From Nitrospirota bacterium (GTDB lineage Bacteria; Nitrospirota; UBA9217): a DNA stretch of 64,000 nucleotides. A program made the translations under genes and the position numbers. This document shows, one piece after another, positions 38,044 through 47,730 of the stretch. The stretch is from contig CAWBNQ010000001.1 of the NCBI GenBank assembly GCA_963790205.1, positions 1,088,001-1,152,000 on the forward strand, in the 5' to 3' direction. The notes below the pieces were generated by a model, which did not search any database, had not been told where the DNA came from, and saw nothing but the letters and a program-made list of their open reading frames with translations. How positions within the stretch are numbered: the stretch's first letter is position 1; each line of letters begins with the position of its first letter.

Positions 38044-39789
38044 ATGGCGGAAGCCGGCGTAAGCAAGGGCATCCTCAAAGGCATTATAAAGTTTACTGCC
38101 ATACTCGGCGCAGGGTTCGTACTCCTTGCCGTATTGAAAAAAGTGCTGCCCCTGCCCACGGAAGACGGGTACCGGTTTTTCCCCCTGATCGGCAGCAGGG
38201 ACTGGATCTGGATCGTGGCCCAGCTCCACTTGAATTTTGCCGCTTTTGTCCTCGGGGTCCCCATCTTCGCCGTGACCATGGAGTACCTCGGATGGAAAAA
38301 GGGAGAAGCGAGACTGGACCGGATCGCTTATGATTTCACCAAGCTCTTCACGCTCGCCTATACCGTGACGGCGGTGCTGGGCTCGGTCTTCCTCGTGAGC
38401 CTTCCGCTCCTCTACCCGAAATTCATCGATTACATGATGAAGATCCTCGGGCCCACTTGGTGGCTGTACCTCATCGTGATGTATGGCGAGGTGTTTGTCT
38501 GCTATTATTATTTCTATTCCTGGCAAAAAATGAAGGGCCGGAAGGGCCTGCATGTGCTCCTGGGCGTGCTGTTAAACGTCCTGGGCGCGACGCTTTTGTT
38601 GATCACGAGCGCCTGGGTCGGGTTCATGACTACCCCGGCCGGCGTGAGCCCGGACGGCGAGCTTTTGAGCAGGTGGGCCGCGATCCATACGCACATGTGG
38701 ATCCCTCTGTTCCTGCACCGGTTCGTGGCCAATATCGTGTTCGGGGCCGGCATCGCGGCGGCCTATGCCGCGTTCCGGTTCATTACGGCCAGGACGCCCG
38801 AAGAAAAGGCGTACTATGACTGGATGGGATACACCTCCGCGATCATCTCGATCGGGGCCTCTCTTCTGCTTCCCGGAGTCGGCTATCTTCTCGGCGTTGA
38901 AATTTATTCCTTCAACGAGCAGATGGGTATCCAGCTTATGGGCGGGTTCTTTGCGTGGCTCTGGGTCATGCAGGCGATCATGATCGGGGCGATCCTGTTT
39001 TTTATCAACTATTATCTCTGGATATCGCTCCAGAAGATGCCGGGCGGGGAGCGGTATTACAAGTACGTGAAATTCCTGTTCATCGTTCTTCTTCTCGGAT
39101 ACGCCGTATGGATCACGCCGCACGACGTGGCGCTGAGCCTGGAAGAGGCGCGGCGCACGGGCACGTACCACCCGGCCCTCGGGAAACTCGGCGTGATGGC
39201 GGCCAAGAATACGGCGGTCATCCTGTCCTACCTCGCGACATTCCTGAGCTTCGCCATTTTCCGGATGAGCAATAAGGAACCGACCGTGTCCTGGGCAAAG
39301 ACCGGTCACCGGGCGCGCGCGATCATCATAGTCGTCTCGGCCGCGGGCGTGCTGGCGCTCGGCATCTACAGCTACCTGGTTCCGGCCGCGGTACGGGTGA
39401 AGGTGCTTTCGCCCATCCAGTTCGGACTCTTCTTTGTCGGCCTTGCCGCACTCTACATCCTGGACAACTACATGTACAAGGGCGCGAAGATAATCGGTGA
39501 GCCGCGGTGGGGCAGGATGCCAGAGCGGTCGCAGTATGCGCTCATCGCGATCACCGTGACCTTTACCTGGCTCATGGGGATGCTGGGCTACATGAGGGCG
39601 GGCGCCAGGCAGTACTGGCATGTGTACGGGATCATGAAGAACACGAGCCCCGACGCCTTTCTGCCCACCCACGGCTATGCATCGGTCGTGGTCACGATCG
39701 TAACGTTGCTCTTCTTTGTGCTCATCTCCCTGGTGTTCTGGAGCATCATGAAGCTCGAGCAAGTCGCTGAAAAAAGGAGGGGGCACTGA
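38044..39789 (+). CDS. Cytochrome bd-like oxidase subunit I (CydA-like)
   Basis: Many TM helices; AQLHLNFAAF, FLHRFVAN, GYMRAGARQYWHVYG (variant of GRQPW). Confidence 0.8.
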   Translation: MAEAGVSKGILKGIIKFTAILGAGFVLLAVLKKVLPLPTEDGYRFFPLIGSRDWIWIVAQLHLNFAAFVLGVPIFAVTMEYLGWKKGEARLDRIAYDFTKLFTLAYTVTAVLGSVFLVSLPLLYPKFIDYMMKILGPTWWLYLIVMYGEVFVCYYYFYSWQKMKGRKGLHVLLGVLLNVLGATLLLITSAWVGFMTTPAGVSPDGELLSRWAAIHTHMWIPLFLHRFVANIVFGAGIAAAYAAFRFITARTPEEKAYYDWMGYTSAIISIGASLLLPGVGYLLGVEIYSFNEQMGIQLMGGFFAWLWVMQAIMIGAILFFINYYLWISLQKMPGGERYYKYVKFLFIVLLLGYAVWITPHDVALSLEEARRTGTYHPALGKLGVMAAKNTAVILSYLATFLSFAIFRMSNKEPTVSWAKTGHRARAIIIVVSAAGVLALGIYSYLVPAAVRVKVLSPIQFGLFFVGLAALYILDNYMYKGAKIIGEPRWGRMPERSQYALIAITVTFTWLMGMLGYMRAGARQYWHVYGIMKNTSPDAFLPTHGYASVVVTIVTLLFFVLISLVFWSIMKLEQVAEKRRGH

Positions 39790-40304
39790 TGAAAAAAGGC
39801 ATCCTGAAGCTCGCGGGCATCATCGTGGGCCTGAACTTCTTGTTCATGTACATCGGCCTCGAATTTCTGCCCCAGTCCGAGTCCCGGCCGCCGAAGGTCA
39901 TCAAGATCGAGGAAGGCATCTCCCAGGACGATCTCATCCATGTGGGTGAAGAGATCGTGTTCGGGAAAGGCCAGTGCATGGTCTGTCATCCGGTAAAACC
40001 GGAAGCGGGCATGAGGGCCCCGGCAATGTCCACCATCGGGGCGGAGATCGAAAAGGAGGCGAAGGAGCGGGGGATCACACCGGAAGAGCATGCCTTCGAG
40101 GCGCTCGTGAACCCGTCCAAATACATCGTGAAGGGCTTCGAAGACATCATGTCGCCCGTGCACACGCCCCCGACGTCCTTGACCGACGGAGAGATCATCG
40201 CGGTGGTCGCTTATCTGCAGAGCCAGGGTGGAAAAGTGACGGTATCCTATCCCGGGTCCGTTCCGGTCCTGAAAGACCAGATATCGAAAGCAGGAGGGAA
40301 GTAA
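39789..40304 (+). CDS. Membrane-anchored monoheme cytochrome c
   Basis: N-terminal TM; CMVCH; distal IMSP. Confidence 0.88.
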   Translation: MKKGILKLAGIIVGLNFLFMYIGLEFLPQSESRPPKVIKIEEGISQDDLIHVGEEIVFGKGQCMVCHPVKPEAGMRAPAMSTIGAEIEKEAKERGITPEEHAFEALVNPSKYIVKGFEDIMSPVHTPPTSLTDGEIIAVVAYLQSQGGKVTVSYPGSVPVLKDQISKAGGK

Positions 40305-40305
40305 G

Positions 40306-41109
40306 ATGCAATTCATATTTCCCATCATCACCATACTGGGCGTGGCGATCGCGATCGCCTCCAGCCGGAAAAGCGCCCCGTTCTTTCAGTTCATCGGCAT
40401 CCTTGCCGCCATCTACGCCGGATTAAAGAGCGTGTCGCTCGTGATGCCCCCGCTGCCGGGGCAGGTCGTCCACATGTTCATGATCATGTCCTTTTTTTCG
40501 TTCCTCGTCTATTTCTCGATCCAGGACGAAACGCTCAAGGCCTTTCTCGAGCCCATGCGGGCGGTGCTTGCCGACGACGACAAAAAAATCCCGAGGATCG
40601 TCATCGTCTACATCCTCATCCCCGTGCTGGCCGGATATTTCACCTACGCCGCGGTAAAGCCCGCCTTTGAACCGCCGCTCTCGCCGAGGATCACGCATCC
40701 CGAGCCGCCGTCGCAGATCGACTTCAAAGGAAATACCATAAATATTCTCGGACTGGAAAACCCCTTGCGCAAGGATACGGCCAATTTCACGGCTAATGTA
40801 CAAGAGGGGAAAGTCATTTACTTTCAGAACTGCTTCTTCTGCCACGGCGCAGACCTCGACGGGCGGGGACAGTTCGCCCAGGCGTTCAACCCGCCGCCCC
40901 CTCCCTTCCGGGGCACGGATACGATCGCGCAATTGCCGGAGTCGTATGTTTTCTGGCGCATTGCAAAAGGATGGAGGGGCCTTCCGCCGGGCGCGACCCC
41001 GTGGGATTCAGCCATGCCCTCATTCGAGGATATGCTGACCCAGGATCAAATATGGAAGGCAATTCTCTACATTTACGACGCTACCGGCAACAAACCGAGG
41101 ACGTGGTGA
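40306..41109 (+). CDS. Membrane protein with C-terminal monoheme cytochrome c
   Basis: About four TM helices; CFFCHG; SAMP. Confidence 0.88.
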   Translation: MQFIFPIITILGVAIAIASSRKSAPFFQFIGILAAIYAGLKSVSLVMPPLPGQVVHMFMIMSFFSFLVYFSIQDETLKAFLEPMRAVLADDDKKIPRIVIVYILIPVLAGYFTYAAVKPAFEPPLSPRITHPEPPSQIDFKGNTINILGLENPLRKDTANFTANVQEGKVIYFQNCFFCHGADLDGRGQFAQAFNPPPPPFRGTDTIAQLPESYVFWRIAKGWRGLPPGATPWDSAMPSFEDMLTQDQIWKAILYIYDATGNKPRTW

Positions 41110-41110
41110 C

Positions 41111-42559
41111 ATGCGAAAGGGAGATTTTACCATGAGGCTGCTTATAGCCATTATCCTGCTGGCGTTAATTCCCATTGCCGCTTTCCCCGAAGAGAAGGGA
41201 AAGGCCATCTATGACCAGTGGTGCTCGTCGTGCCACGGCGAAAAAGGGGACGGGAAGGGCCCTGCTGCCGATTTCGTGTGGCCGAAACCGAGAGACTTTA
41301 CCAAAGGTACGTTCAAGTTCAAATCGACCGGGTCCGGCGAGCCTCCCCTCGATTCTGACATCATGCGCACGATCCGGGAGGGGAACCCCGGCACCTCGAT
41401 GCCGGCTTGGAAGCGGTTCAGCGATGACGAGGTAAAGTCGCTGGTGGCGTATATCAAAGCGTTTTCGCCCGATACCTTTTCGATACAGGGCACCCCTTTC
41501 AAGATCGGAAGCCCTTCGGGCAGCAAAGACAAGATGACGGCACTGGGGAAGGAGATGTACCAGACCGCGAAGTGCTGGGAATGCCACGGCAAGGCGGGAA
41601 GGGGCGACGGCGAGAAGGGCTGGCAGGAAAAGTTCAAGGACGATTGGGGGAACAGGATCTATCCCGCCGACCAGACCCACCCCTGGGAATACCGGGCCGG
41701 CAGCGATCTGAAGGACGTGTTCAAGACGATTTCCGTGGGTTTTGATGGAACGCCCATGACCTCCTACGGGGACACGGTCCCGGATGAGAAAAGATGGGCC
41801 CTTGCGTATTACGTGCTGTCGCAGCAGCAGATAAGGAACCTCGGCCCGGCATTGCGGGTAAAGAAGGTGAAAGACCTCCCCGCTGCAACGGACGACCCGG
41901 TCTGGAAGAGCGTGGACTACCTCGACCTTCCGATGGCCGGGCAGGTGATCTTCGACCCGCGTGATTTTACGGCCCTCATAACGAACGCGAGGGTGCGCGG
42001 CGTCTACACCGGTTCGGAGCTGGCGGTGATGGTCGAATGGACCGACAAGCAGCAGAATCCGGCCAAGGGCGACGGCAGCCTCCCTCCTGATGCCGCGCGC
42101 ATACAGTTCCCCACGAAGATGACGGAAGGCGCCCGGCCGTATTTTTTCATGGGAGACAAGAAACTCGGGGTCAACGTCTGGCAGTGGAAGGCATCGGACA
42201 ATCTCGCGAACGAATTCATCGCAGCGGGACCGGATGAGGTCACGCAGCAGGAAAAACAGGATGTAAAGGTCGTTCCAACATATACCGAGGGGCAATACAG
42301 GATTCTCTTCACGAGGCCGCTCAATACGGGCGACGAGAAACATACGGTCTTCGAGATCGGAAAGTTCATGCCTTTTTCAGTTACCCTGTATGACGGCAGG
42401 AATCATGAGGCGGACAAGAAGGGCGCGATCTCCGCGTGGTACTATATGATGCTGGAACCCCCGACGCCGGCAACCGTGTATATTTTCCCGCCGATAGTAT
42501 TCTTGATTTTCCTGGGAATCGGGCTGCTGCTGCATAAAACAGTGAAGAACAGAGAATAG
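41111..42559 (+). CDS. Diheme cytochrome c with ethylbenzene-dehydrogenase-gamma-like (DOMON heme) domain and C-terminal TM anchor
   Basis: CSSCH and CWECH; PDAARIQFP, PYFFMGD, VNVWQWK; start may be 41132. Confidence 0.82.
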   Translation: MRKGDFTMRLLIAIILLALIPIAAFPEEKGKAIYDQWCSSCHGEKGDGKGPAADFVWPKPRDFTKGTFKFKSTGSGEPPLDSDIMRTIREGNPGTSMPAWKRFSDDEVKSLVAYIKAFSPDTFSIQGTPFKIGSPSGSKDKMTALGKEMYQTAKCWECHGKAGRGDGEKGWQEKFKDDWGNRIYPADQTHPWEYRAGSDLKDVFKTISVGFDGTPMTSYGDTVPDEKRWALAYYVLSQQQIRNLGPALRVKKVKDLPAATDDPVWKSVDYLDLPMAGQVIFDPRDFTALITNARVRGVYTGSELAVMVEWTDKQQNPAKGDGSLPPDAARIQFPTKMTEGARPYFFMGDKKLGVNVWQWKASDNLANEFIAAGPDEVTQQEKQDVKVVPTYTEGQYRILFTRPLNTGDEKHTVFEIGKFMPFSVTLYDGRNHEADKKGAISAWYYMMLEPPTPATVYIFPPIVFLIFLGIGLLLHKTVKNRE

Positions 42560-42569
42560 GCGCGGTAAT

Positions 42570-43565
42570 ATGTATAAAAAAATATTCATTCCCATCGATA
42601 ATTCGAAATATTCCCGTTTTTGCACGGACATCGGCGTGTCCCTGGCAGCGCGGTTCGGCTCGGAACTGACCGGCAGCCACGTGTACAGCGCGGCGCTGCA
42701 CGACAAGCGGTTCCGGGACATGGAGGTGGGACTTCCCGGGCACTACCAGGAGGAAGAAAGGCTGAAGAAATCAAGACAGGTCCATGATTCCCTGATCGGG
42801 GACGGCCTTAAGATGATCTCGGACGCCTATCTCGAATCCTTTAAAAAGGAATGCCGGGATTCCGCGGTGCCTTTCAACTGTAAAATGATGGAGGGGAAGA
42901 ACTGGTCGGAGCTCGTAAAAGATGTTCGAAGCAGCGGGTATGATCTGGTGATCATGGGGATCCTCGGCCTGGGTGCGATGAACGGCAACCTCATTGGAAG
43001 CGTGTGCGAACGGGTCGTGCGAAAAGTTGACGCCGACATCCTGGTGATTAAAAACGGCGCGCCTCTGAGCGGCAGACTGGTCGTGGCGATCGACGGGAGC
43101 GATCATTCCTTTTCCGCTTTGAAAAAAGCGCTGGCCCTCTGCAAGCGATTTCATGCGAAGATCGAAGCCGTATCCGTCTACGACCCCTATTTTCACCGGC
43201 GTGCTTTTCAGGCGCTTGTGGGGGTGCTTTCCGACGAAGCGGGAAAGATGTTTCGGTTCAAGGAGCAGGAAAAGCTCCACGATGAGATCATAGACGACGG
43301 GTTGGGCAAAATATACCAGGGCTACCTTGAACAAGCCGTTCAGATGGGGTCCGCTGAAGGGGTAGCAGTGAAAAGCACCCTTCTCGCAGGAAAGGCTTAT
43401 GACGAAATACATAAGCACCTGGAAAAAGATCCGCCGTCTCTTCTCATCGTAAGCCGCTTCGGCGCCCACAGGACCGACGAACAGGACATCGGCAATACCG
43501 CGGAGAACCTGCTCCGCCTCGCGCCGTGCAATCTGCTCATCACCGGCAGTTCTCATGCTGAGTAG
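42570..43565 (+). CDS. Tandem universal stress protein
   Basis: KIFIPIDNS..., DLVIMGILG...GSVCERVVR; second domain VAIDGS...GNTAENLLR. Confidence 0.9.
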   Translation: MYKKIFIPIDNSKYSRFCTDIGVSLAARFGSELTGSHVYSAALHDKRFRDMEVGLPGHYQEEERLKKSRQVHDSLIGDGLKMISDAYLESFKKECRDSAVPFNCKMMEGKNWSELVKDVRSSGYDLVIMGILGLGAMNGNLIGSVCERVVRKVDADILVIKNGAPLSGRLVVAIDGSDHSFSALKKALALCKRFHAKIEAVSVYDPYFHRRAFQALVGVLSDEAGKMFRFKEQEKLHDEIIDDGLGKIYQGYLEQAVQMGSAEGVAVKSTLLAGKAYDEIHKHLEKDPPSLLIVSRFGAHRTDEQDIGNTAENLLRLAPCNLLITGSSHAE

Positions 43566-43576
43566 CTCCTGACCGG

Positions 43577-44941
43577 ATGCTGGAAAAAACCTCGCCCCCA
43601 AAGGAGATTATGCCGGCTGCTCTTCCCTCCGCGTCCTCTGCGAGCCCTGTGGCACATAGGTTTTTTATGAACGACCTTCACGTCATATCCTGGAACGTTA
43701 CCAGGCGGTGCAATCTCGAATGCGCCCACTGCTACCTTCCCGCGACCACCAGAAAAGAGCGTCCCGGACTCTCATCCGCAGACGAACTCACCACGCAGGA
43801 GGCCTTTCAGCTTATCGACCGGATCGCATCCGTCAATCCCGAGGTCATGCTGATCCTTTCCGGGGGCGAGCCCCTCCTGCGGGAGGACATTTTTGAGCTG
43901 TCGACGTATGCATCGGGCAAGGGAATGATGGTCGTTTTGGGGTCCAACGGCCTCCTTATCAATGAAGCCGCGGCCCGCATGATGAAACAGAGCGGGGTGT
44001 CCGGGATAAGCATCAGTCTCGATTCCGTCAACCCCGAAATTCACGATGCCGTTCGCTCGCACACGGGCGCGTGGGAAAAGGCGGTTTCGGCAATCACGAT
44101 CTGTAAAAAGGAAGGGCTGTCAGTCCAGATCAATACGGTCGTTACCGGAAAGAACCATGACGAGCTGCCGCAATTGATCGCCTATGCCCGCGACCTCGGG
44201 GCGAAGGTCTTCAGTCCTTTTTTCCTGGTCTGCACCGGCAGGGGAGAAGAGATGACGGACCTCTCTCCGCTGCAATATGAAAAAGTCCTGTCGTTGATCG
44301 CCGAAGCGCAGGAGAAGCGCGATGATATCATGATACGGACACGGTGCGCACCCACGGTAAGACGGATCCTGCATCAGAAAAAACCCGGGTCGCGTCTTCT
44401 CACGATGGGCGCGGGCCGCTGTCTTGCGGGACGATCCTATTGCAGGATCACGCCCGAAGGGGACGTTACCCCTTGCCCGTATTTGCCCCTTTCAACGGGG
44501 AATATCCGGGAGCAGGACTTCGGCGACATCTGGCAAAATTCCGCGGTCTTTAATTCCCTGAGAAACCCCTCGCTCAAGGGCAAATGCAAAAAATGCGCAT
44601 ACCGGCTTCTCTGCGGCGGCTGCAGGGCGAGGGCGTACGCCGCCGGTCATAACGATTACCTGGGAGAAGATCCGTGGTGCGACTACCTGCCTCAAGGAGG
44701 AACTGTGATAAAATCGCCGACCTTTGAAACGAATGCGGAAGCAGCAGAGTCCGCGACATCAACACCCCTCTGGACCGCAGAGGCGGAGGAGCGCCTGAAA
44801 AAGGTCCCCTCGTTCGTCCGAAATATGGTGCGAGGCGCCGTCGTGCGCTATGCGGTCGAACATAAATGCCGGGAAATCACCCCGCAATTGATGGATGAAG
44901 TCCGGAAAAAGTCAGGAATGGGAGGAATGCATGGACATTGA
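43577..44941 (+). CDS. Radical SAM/SPASM protein (NirJ/AhbC/AhbD-like) with C-terminal PCP-reductase-like domain
   Basis: CNLECAHC, SGGEP, CLAG..CRI.P.G.V.PC, CKKC..CGGCRARA; WTAEAEERLKKVPSFVR; start may be 43668. Confidence 0.88.
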   Translation: MLEKTSPPKEIMPAALPSASSASPVAHRFFMNDLHVISWNVTRRCNLECAHCYLPATTRKERPGLSSADELTTQEAFQLIDRIASVNPEVMLILSGGEPLLREDIFELSTYASGKGMMVVLGSNGLLINEAAARMMKQSGVSGISISLDSVNPEIHDAVRSHTGAWEKAVSAITICKKEGLSVQINTVVTGKNHDELPQLIAYARDLGAKVFSPFFLVCTGRGEEMTDLSPLQYEKVLSLIAEAQEKRDDIMIRTRCAPTVRRILHQKKPGSRLLTMGAGRCLAGRSYCRITPEGDVTPCPYLPLSTGNIREQDFGDIWQNSAVFNSLRNPSLKGKCKKCAYRLLCGGCRARAYAAGHNDYLGEDPWCDYLPQGGTVIKSPTFETNAEAAESATSTPLWTAEAEERLKKVPSFVRNMVRGAVVRYAVEHKCREITPQLMDEVRKKSGMGGMHGH

Positions 44942-45212
44942 CGGTCTCTTAACAGAACAGGAAAAAACGTTTTTCCACCGAGTGGCAAAGCGGAAAATGC
45001 TTTTCCTGGCGTCAAGCATTGCGACGGTCGTCGTTGCCGCATCAATCCTTGTATATCACGGCCTGGTCGCTCACGACATGAACGACCTCCGGTTCGCCAT
45101 CATAATCATCCTCCTGCTCTCCGGCCGCGCATATATGAGGCTTTATAAGAGCGCCGTGATCTTCAGCAAGCTGAAACCCGGGCCGGTCACAGAACAGTCG
45201 AAACACGTTTGA
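44931..45212 (+). CDS. Small two-TM hypothetical protein
   Basis: GGAGG RBS; overlaps radical SAM stop; two hydrophobic segments. Confidence 0.7.
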   Translation: MDIDGLLTEQEKTFFHRVAKRKMLFLASSIATVVVAASILVYHGLVAHDMNDLRFAIIIILLLSGRAYMRLYKSAVIFSKLKPGPVTEQSKHV

Positions 45213-45356
45213 TGCATTCCTGAAAAGCACGTTTGCCACGGAGACACACCCTGCTGTTGCCAAAACGCGGGTGCAGGCAGAGACACGGGGTCCCTCTACA
45301 GATTCCCCGCGCTCTCTTCTCGCCGCCGCCCGCTGTAAAATTCTATCAGAGCAACA

Positions 45357-45806
45357 ATGATGAGAAAGCCGATCATAGCCATAGTGGCAGTTTCGCTCGT
45401 CATCGCCGGCGTCTATTATCTTCACCGCGGTCCAAGCGCGGTGCCGGACGATAAGAAGGGAAAGATAGAAAAATTCATAAGAGCACTGGCTGCCGATACC
45501 TTGGAACAGGATTACCGAAGTCACGGCATCACTATTACTGTTCTGGTAACCAACGTAACGATCGACCGTATAACAAAAAAAGAAACAGAGCAGGACAATG
45601 TGTATTTTGCCCAGGGGAAAATCTCTTATATCATAAAAGGGAAACGAACGTGGCGGGACAAGGAGGGGAACCTTATACAGCTTGGACCCGAGCAGGAGAT
45701 CACCCACTGGTACACCTGCGGCGTTCTTGAAGACAGGTATCTCGGCGCTCTCTTCAAAGACGACAGAAATCGTCTCCAGTTTTACGCCGACAATCCCATG
45801 CAGTGA
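45357..45806 (+). CDS. Hypothetical protein with N-terminal anchor
   Basis: 149-aa ORF with signal/TM segment. Confidence 0.7.
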   Translation: MMRKPIIAIVAVSLVIAGVYYLHRGPSAVPDDKKGKIEKFIRALAADTLEQDYRSHGITITVLVTNVTIDRITKKETEQDNVYFAQGKISYIIKGKRTWRDKEGNLIQLGPEQEITHWYTCGVLEDRYLGALFKDDRNRLQFYADNPMQ

Positions 45807-45824
45807 TATATTCTCCTCCATTCC

Positions 45825-45910
45825 GCAATCCGAAATCGCCAATCCGCAATCGAATAAATCCCCATCGAATTGCTTGACAAAAACAGGCCGTATACTATAA
45901 TCGATCAGAA
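45825..45910 (+). repeat. Direct repeat B copy 1 containing a consensus promoter
   Basis: GCAATCCGAAATCGCCAATCCGCAATCGAATAAATCC...TTGACA(45874)-N16-TATAAT(45901); near-identical to 47731-47815. Confidence 0.9.
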
Positions 45911-45956
45911 CTACCCACGAAAGAAGAATTACTTTCCCCTGGATTTGAAAGTATTG

Positions 45957-46268
45957 ATGCTGGGAGAGCGAAAATTGCTGGTCCCGAATGCTGAAAAGGT
46001 GAACATCACAAGGGACACCCTCACCGTTGACTTGAGCGACGGAAGGACCATTTCCGTTCCGCTCGCATGGTTCCCTAGACTGCTCCATGCCACGAACCAG
46101 GAACGCAAGCATTGGAAGCTTATCGGCAAGGGGCAGGGCATCCACTGGGAGGACATCGACGAGGACATCAGCGTCGGAGGACTGCTTACGGGAAGGCCGT
46201 CAGGGGAAACGCAAGAATCTTTCAAGAAGTGGCTGGAGCGGCGACAAACCAAGCGCAGGGCGCATTGA
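45957..46268 (+). CDS. DUF2442 domain protein
   Basis: LTVDLSDGRTISVPLAWFPRLLHAT...GIHWEDIDEDISV. Confidence 0.88.
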   Translation: MLGERKLLVPNAEKVNITRDTLTVDLSDGRTISVPLAWFPRLLHATNQERKHWKLIGKGQGIHWEDIDEDISVGGLLTGRPSGETQESFKKWLERRQTKRRAH

Positions 46269-46292
46269 CGCAAGTCTGAGTCAGGTGAGACG

Positions 46293-46949
46293 ATGCTGCG
46301 ATTTCAAAGACCGCCGGATGCTGTGTTTCAGGCTATACTGCGCGATAGCATGGATTTTTCAATCGACTTTATCCATATTCTGATTGAGAATAACGAATAC
46401 GACGAGTCGCGCGCGAGAGAAGACATGAAGTCGGATTGCCCCGCGATGGCAAAAGTATTCACTCCGTCGCTTGCCCGGACCACGCTGCTGAAATTAAGAA
46501 AGTGTCTGGACAGGCCTGAAATATATTCTCTGAATAACTACCATTATCTCCTCCTCTTTGACGCAATTGCTTATTATGCCGACATACACAATGATATGAT
46601 TCCAATGGCGGAAAGCAGGGGAGAGAGAAAAGAAGCGTCCTTTGTGGACCCATTTTACATTGAAACAATTGACGTGGACGGCCTTCTTGGGTTGTATTTT
46701 TTTGACACGGATTTTTTAACCGACGCGGAAACGATGCTGAATGTTCCGGACTGGTTTAGAGCTTCATACAGCCCGGAAACGTTTGGTTTGTCTCTGGGAA
46801 TGTTGCCGCATGACGAGGAATTGGAACTGAAAATCGATACGGATGAAGATGCGGGCTTGTATAAGGTGACTCCGTCCGATTACTTCGGCCCGAAATCAAA
46901 GGTATATCCTGATTTTGATTATTGCCATGACCAGCATCCTGAAAAATAA
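46293..46949 (+). CDS. Acidic hypothetical protein
   Basis: 218-aa ORF with AGGTGA RBS; no motif recognised. Confidence 0.7.
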   Translation: MLRFQRPPDAVFQAILRDSMDFSIDFIHILIENNEYDESRAREDMKSDCPAMAKVFTPSLARTTLLKLRKCLDRPEIYSLNNYHYLLLFDAIAYYADIHNDMIPMAESRGERKEASFVDPFYIETIDVDGLLGLYFFDTDFLTDAETMLNVPDWFRASYSPETFGLSLGMLPHDEELELKIDTDEDAGLYKVTPSDYFGPKSKVYPDFDYCHDQHPEK

Positions 46950-47008
46950 AGCTCATGCGGCGTTTGGCCCCTTTAGAATCCTTTGACGATAAAGACCGCG
47001 CGCCCTTC

Positions 47009-47037
47009 TTGACAATATCATTTAAATGATATAATAT
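47009..47037 (+). promoter_or_regulatory. TA operon promoter with palindromic operator
   Basis: TTGACA followed by perfect palindrome ATATCATTTAAATGATAT (47015-47032) overlapping TATAAT. Confidence 0.75.
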
Positions 47038-47063
47038 TGCGAATGCGGTAACAAGGAGGCCCC

Positions 47064-47336
47064 ATGCCGGTGATAAAACCCATTTCCGACCTGCGCAACA
47101 AGGCGAACGAGATCTCGGACCTCGCCCACAAGCTGAATGAACCCATCTTTATAACCAAAAACGGCGAGGGCGACATGGTCGTTATGTCCATGGCGCGATA
47201 CGCGCAGTTTCAGTTGAAGCTCGACCTTTTCAGCAAACTTGCCGTGGCCCAAAACCAGATCGCCTCCGGCGACAAGGGGAGAACGCTCAAGCAGGTCATG
47301 ACGGACCTCAGGAAAAGGCTTCATGAGCCCGCGTAA
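47064..47336 (+). CDS. Phd/YefM family antitoxin
   Basis: IKPISDLRNKANEIS...PIFITKNGEGDMVVMS. Confidence 0.92.
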   Translation: MPVIKPISDLRNKANEISDLAHKLNEPIFITKNGEGDMVVMSMARYAQFQLKLDLFSKLAVAQNQIASGDKGRTLKQVMTDLRKRLHEPA

Positions 47337-47631
47337 GCTTGCGGTCAAGCTCCTCAGGATCGCGGAAGACGATCTCGCCGAAATCATCACGTTTATTGCG
47401 GAGGATGACATAGTCGCCGCCGAAAAGCTTGCCGACAAAATTGAGACCCGGCTTGCACGGCTCGCGGACCATCCCGCTCTTGGCAGAATCCCGGCTGAAG
47501 AGGAGCTCGCCCGGCTTGGCTACCGCTATCTTGTCGTTGACAATTATCTTGTTTTCTATACCGTGAGCGCACAGACAGTCCTTATCCACCGGGTCATTCA
47601 CGGCGCGAGAGACTACGTCAATCTGCTTTAG
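47323..47631 (+). CDS. RelE/ParE family toxin
   Basis: AEDDLAEIITFIA...LADHPALGR...YLVFY...IHRVIHGARD; overlaps the antitoxin. Confidence 0.92.
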   Translation: MSPRKLAVKLLRIAEDDLAEIITFIAEDDIVAAEKLADKIETRLARLADHPALGRIPAEEELARLGYRYLVVDNYLVFYTVSAQTVLIHRVIHGARDYVNLL

Positions 47632-47730
47632 CGGGGCGCTGGAAATATTCCGCATTCCGCATGACAGTCGTCTTGCGTTTGAGCTTCCTGCACTCTGAAC
47701 TCTGAACTTTGAACTGCAATTAGCCAATCT

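Noticed and set aside
41107..41109. Further UGA readthrough at other UGA-terminated genes
   Set aside because: The next gene starts immediately in another frame; no Cys-equivalent position or CGTG-loop hairpin at the 18-nt spacing
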